From assembly GCA_965227835.1 (NCBI GenBank), contig OZ245768.1:1080001-1112000 (forward strand): 32,000 nucleotides of DNA. Direction: 5' to 3'. The translations under genes were made by a program, and so were the position numbers. Source of the stretch: Candidatus Saccharimonadota bacterium (GTDB lineage Bacteria; Patescibacteriota; Gracilibacteria; BD1-5; UBA6164). Shown here piece by piece: positions 28,792 through 32,000 of this stretch; positions within the stretch are counted from its first letter, which is position 1; each line of letters starts with the position of its first letter. The notes under the pieces are model-generated. The model worked only from the letters and a program-made list of their open reading frames with translations, made no database searches and was not told the DNA's origin.

Positions 28792-31700
28792 CTACACTAT
28801 CTGATCAATAAATCAATCTTCTTTAATTCAAAGTTTTTCTAGTGCTGTATGAAGTCAAGCCATACTTATTATTCATAGCTTATACATACCATAAATATTT
28901 CAAGCTATAGCTCAAATATTTACTAAATTATCCATAGATAACAAATCTTTATTTTCGTCAGCAATCGAAGAAGCAATATTTACAATTTCATCATCAGACA
29001 ATAAAAAAGCTATTCATCCTGATACACCTTTATAGAAATTAGGATTTTTCTTCAAATGAGGTCAAATAAAAGGTAGTTTTTCTAAGTATGATCCTAAATT
29101 TGCATAATGTAGTTTTCAGTCTACCCATAATTTTGCTGCTTTTAGTTTATCCAGTGATGAATTAAATCATCTTTTGAAGTCCACATTTTTAAAAGATGCA
29201 GATAATCTAGGAATAGAAGATATAGCAGGATTAGAAGCTATAAAAAGCCTTTCATCCATCTTAACAGCTAAAGCTTCTATAATTTTTTCATCTTTTATAT
29301 TTACTTGTTGCCCATTAAATTTTGTTGTTATAGCTCAATTGTCATTAATAGAAACATTGTAGGTTTTACCATCTACTTCAACCTCTATATCTTTTCAAAC
29401 AAAATGCTTTTTAAATTTTGACATCTCAATATTGAAAAACTTTATTTCTTCAAGCACTCAATCTTTGTCTCATATAGCTTGTTTTAACTTTGTTCTACGC
29501 ATAGAAGCAGATATACTTCATACTCATCATATCAAAGCCAAAGGAGCCCAAGCAAGATTGTTTACAAAAGATGCACCTAGGTCATAATCATGTTCAAATA
29601 ACATAGCCCTTAGAGCTTCTCATCACATTCATATCACAGCTACATCTCAAGCCATTTCAGTTCATACTACTCATAGAGCAGTAAGCCTCGAGGTGTTTCT
29701 TTTGAGCATAAATTTACTAAGCATATTTATACCTTTAGCTGCTCATCCTTGAAGTCATAGAATTGCTGTTTCTCCAGCAAATTCTCAAATTCAATTACTT
29801 TCTCATCTGGCTATAGTATTTAGAGTAGTTCATGCTACAGCACCTCATCAAATAATAGCTCATCAAACTAATACTCAAGGAGCAAAAAATATAGTAGCTG
29901 CTGTTGCTCAAACCATTGTTACACCTCATCATACATTTTGTAATATATTATCTGTTGTTTCTTCTTCAAAATCAAAAAATCATATACCTCTGTTGTCTTT
30001 TAATATTGATATTGCCCTTTTTACCAAAGGATCTCTACTGTTACTATTTATTTCTATGAAATGTTCCAAGTCTATATCAAATTTTTTAATTTCTTTTTCA
30101 AAGTTAGGGTCATTTAAATCTGGAAATTTAGGACATCAATCAATATCTTGAAGTATTCAAAGTGCCATAATACTTGATAAGTTATAGTTTCTCAAATGAT
30201 CATTATCTAGTTCTCAAACTCATCATGAGTAATATTCAGCTAAAAATATATAGGTTTCTCTTAATTTACTAGATAATTCAGGGTTATTTTGCTCTCTTAT
30301 TCTAAGTTCAGAAATTATTATAAGTATATCTTCATACTGTGACTCTAATTCTTTGGAGTAATGTTCAATTGTATCTTTTTTATTCCAGACAATTCAAAGC
30401 ATATTTTCTAAATCCTCTGTCTTTTGGGCTATAATTTTAAAGTTTTCAAGTCTAAAGCTTAGACCATTTATAAGTTGAGAGTCAGAAACATTTTCTGGAG
30501 ATTGTGTTATTTGTTCTAAAATACTATCGTCTTCTACATCTATATCAGGAGTAGTTGTATCAAGAGTATTTGGAATATTGTTGTCTTGTGGCAATACTGG
30601 AGCTTGTTCACCTAAAGAAATTTGATTTTGTGAAATGTTTGCATCTTGCACATTAGTTTCAGTTCAAGATAAAGAAAGTATTACATCAGAAACTGTGCTT
30701 CTTCCATCACCTTTATTGTTAACTAAATATTGTATAAATTTAGGTATATCTTCATCTGTTATTCATGCATTTTGTAAAGCTCTTTTTTCTGTATCATTAA
30801 GTAGGAGAGCATTTATAGTAGTTATATCATCTATAGAATCTATATATTTTCAAAAGAGTATGGTATTTGAAGAAAAAACAGATGTAAGAACAGAAATTTT
30901 ATCTCTTCACAAAGCCTCTGATCATCTATCCAAATCCATATCACTTATGGAAGAAGAAGCATTTTCTAAAACTCTACCTGAGTCTATACTGTTGCTTCAT
31001 AAATTTGCACTACTGCTTCATAGATTTGTAGTTATATTATTTATAGCATTACTTCTAACTCTAGTTTGTTCAGGTGTATTTGAAAATCAAGAGCTAAAAG
31101 TATCTGTAACTTTATCAGAGGCATGACTTAAAAGTTCTCATCATCATAAGAATAAAAAACCTAAGGTTAAAGGTATCCTAGTATACCATTTTTCTCATCA
31201 GGGTATTTGTCTATACATTTCTTTTGGTATACCAAAAATTAATGATAATGTTAAAAATAACATACCCATTGATTTCAACCCTCACTTATTTTTATCAAAC
31301 CATGATCACCAGTCTTCTTTTCATTCAAATACTGGTATCATTGATCAGAAAAATGTTTTTGATGCCCCAGTTGGAATATTTTGTTTAGGGTCAACATTTT
31401 CTAAAACTTCACTATCTTCAGTTTTGTCAAAAAAACTGTCCAGTTTTTCAAAAAATATGCTATAATCATTTGTTTCATTTCATGTGGGTGTAGATCTAAA
31501 CTCAGATAAAAAAGCCAAAAGACCTTTATCTTCTGGTGTTCATACAAAGTTAAGTCAAGATATATTGGTATTTTTGTTTAATACAGAGAGTATTTCTATT
31601 TGATCTTGGCTTGATATACCTTGCTTGAATGAATCATTTCTAAATTTTTCCAAAACTGTTCAGGCTTTCATTTCTATATATGTCTCTTTCCCAAGTATTC

Positions 31701-32000
31701 AGTCTTTTGATATATTGTGTTCTTCTTGATAGTTTTGAATAGCTTGTTTAAAATCTTCAAACACAAAAGGATCTTCTACTCCCAAAGTTTCTTTTGCTAG
31801 TCTCAAAGCCTCACTTCTAGATATACCTATTTTTTCAAGATTTGAGGAAGTTAGTTGCATTTCATGGTTTGAAAGTCTTTCTTGAGTTTCTTCTATAATA
31901 TCTTCTTGGGCATTATTTACAGCTTCTAATTCTCATGTTTCTGCTTGCTCTTGAGATTCTGGCCAAACTTGTACTGGTCTTACCAAGCCTATACTTCATT
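28792..32000 (-). CDS. Giant membrane-associated protein, unknown family, more than 1069 codons; 5' end probably off-window
   Basis: I enumerated every in-frame triplet from TAG 28792-28794 to the window edge (32000) and found no TAA/TAG. It absorbs the track fragment 30394-30651. It contains a PG_binding_1-like motif (FEDFKQAIQNYQEEHNISKDGILGKETYIEM, 31669-31761), TM pairs (MGMLFLTLSLIFGIP, LTLGFLFLGGG), an acidic Pro/Asp/Thr linker and a glycine-zipper hydrophobic block (GGGVTMVGATAATIFFAPGVLVGGAIIGGGAVAGTTL...ALIGGVGSISA, about 29480-29940). An internal start (for example ATG 31858-31860) cannot be excluded. Confidence 0.7.

Noticed and set aside
30635-31126. A 163-aa plus-strand ORF in the supplied track. 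Similar antisense ORFs are 24802-25182(-), 16141-16713(-), 11107-11523(+), 23829-24158(-) and 20947-21222(-).
   Set aside because: Each lies antisense to a much longer table-25 gene with recognisable homology or clear membrane-protein features. Their translations are low-complexity Ser/Phe/Ile/Leu-rich strings, as expected from the complement of AT-rich coding DNA.
1-32000. Translation table 4 (Mycoplasma/Spiroplasma type, TGA=Trp) as the explanation for in-frame TGA in AT-rich DNA.
   Set aside because: TGA aligns to invariant Gly in S12, IF-1, L27 and the GatA signature, and it interchanges with GGA in paralogous repeats. Conserved Trp positions use TGG.
26106-32000. A prophage tail module, with the two large Gly-rich helical proteins as tape-measure-like proteins.
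   Set aside because: I could recognise no capsid, portal, terminase, baseplate, lysis or integrase genes in the visible flank. Downstream is a convergent cellular-looking gene and then gatA. It is kept as an alternative hypothesis in the finding rather than as a call.

Overview
This is a very AT-rich bacterial window that looks almost gene-free under the standard code. The supplied ORF track shows only fragments. It is in fact densely coding once TGA is read as glycine (NCBI translation table 25, known from Absconditabacteria/SR1 and Gracilibacteria/BD1-5, both CPR/Patescibacteria). The evidence is that conserved genes are interrupted only by TGA, and those TGA codons fall on invariant Gly positions of S12, IF-1, S13, L27 and the GatA amidase signature. 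Trp is still encoded by TGG.

Re-called with table 25, the window holds about 33 CDS and one tRNA:
- 3-356: C-terminal end of a hexapeptide-repeat transferase.
- 367-5772: a minus-strand block with a polytopic membrane protein, a family-5 ABC substrate-binding protein, secG, a holin-4/YvlD-like protein, dCMP deaminase and a small anchored coiled-coil protein.
- 6086-7296: a sortase and a small TM protein.
- 7330-7405: tRNA-Thr(GGU).
- 7502-13639: a long minus-strand ribosomal cluster, infA-rpmJ-rpsM-rpsK-rpsD-rpoA-rplQ-rplM-rpsI-rpsL-rpsG-rpmA.
- 14329-19646: a plus-strand surface-structure cluster with a type IV pilin fused to a fibrinogen-like YCDxxxxGGGW domain, an AI-2E permease, and two minor-pilin-like proteins.
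- 19752-20218: a small Shine-Dalgarno-led cassette.
- 20585-22480: a 631-aa protein built of about 12 tandem repeats of about 48 aa.
- 22894-25960: rplS, gatA and an acidic coiled-coil protein.
- 26106-32000: two very large minus-strand membrane proteins without a family I can name (883 aa, and more than 1069 aa running off-window).

The non-coding DNA holds three repeat types. One is a five-copy, GC-rich, strand-asymmetric structured repeat; two of its copies flank rpsG within the rpsL-rpsG-rpmA stretch. The second is a 31-bp tandem array upstream of the pilin gene. The third is a 25-nt hairpin motif with compensatory base changes. I found no CRISPR array, transposase, integrase or rRNA gene.
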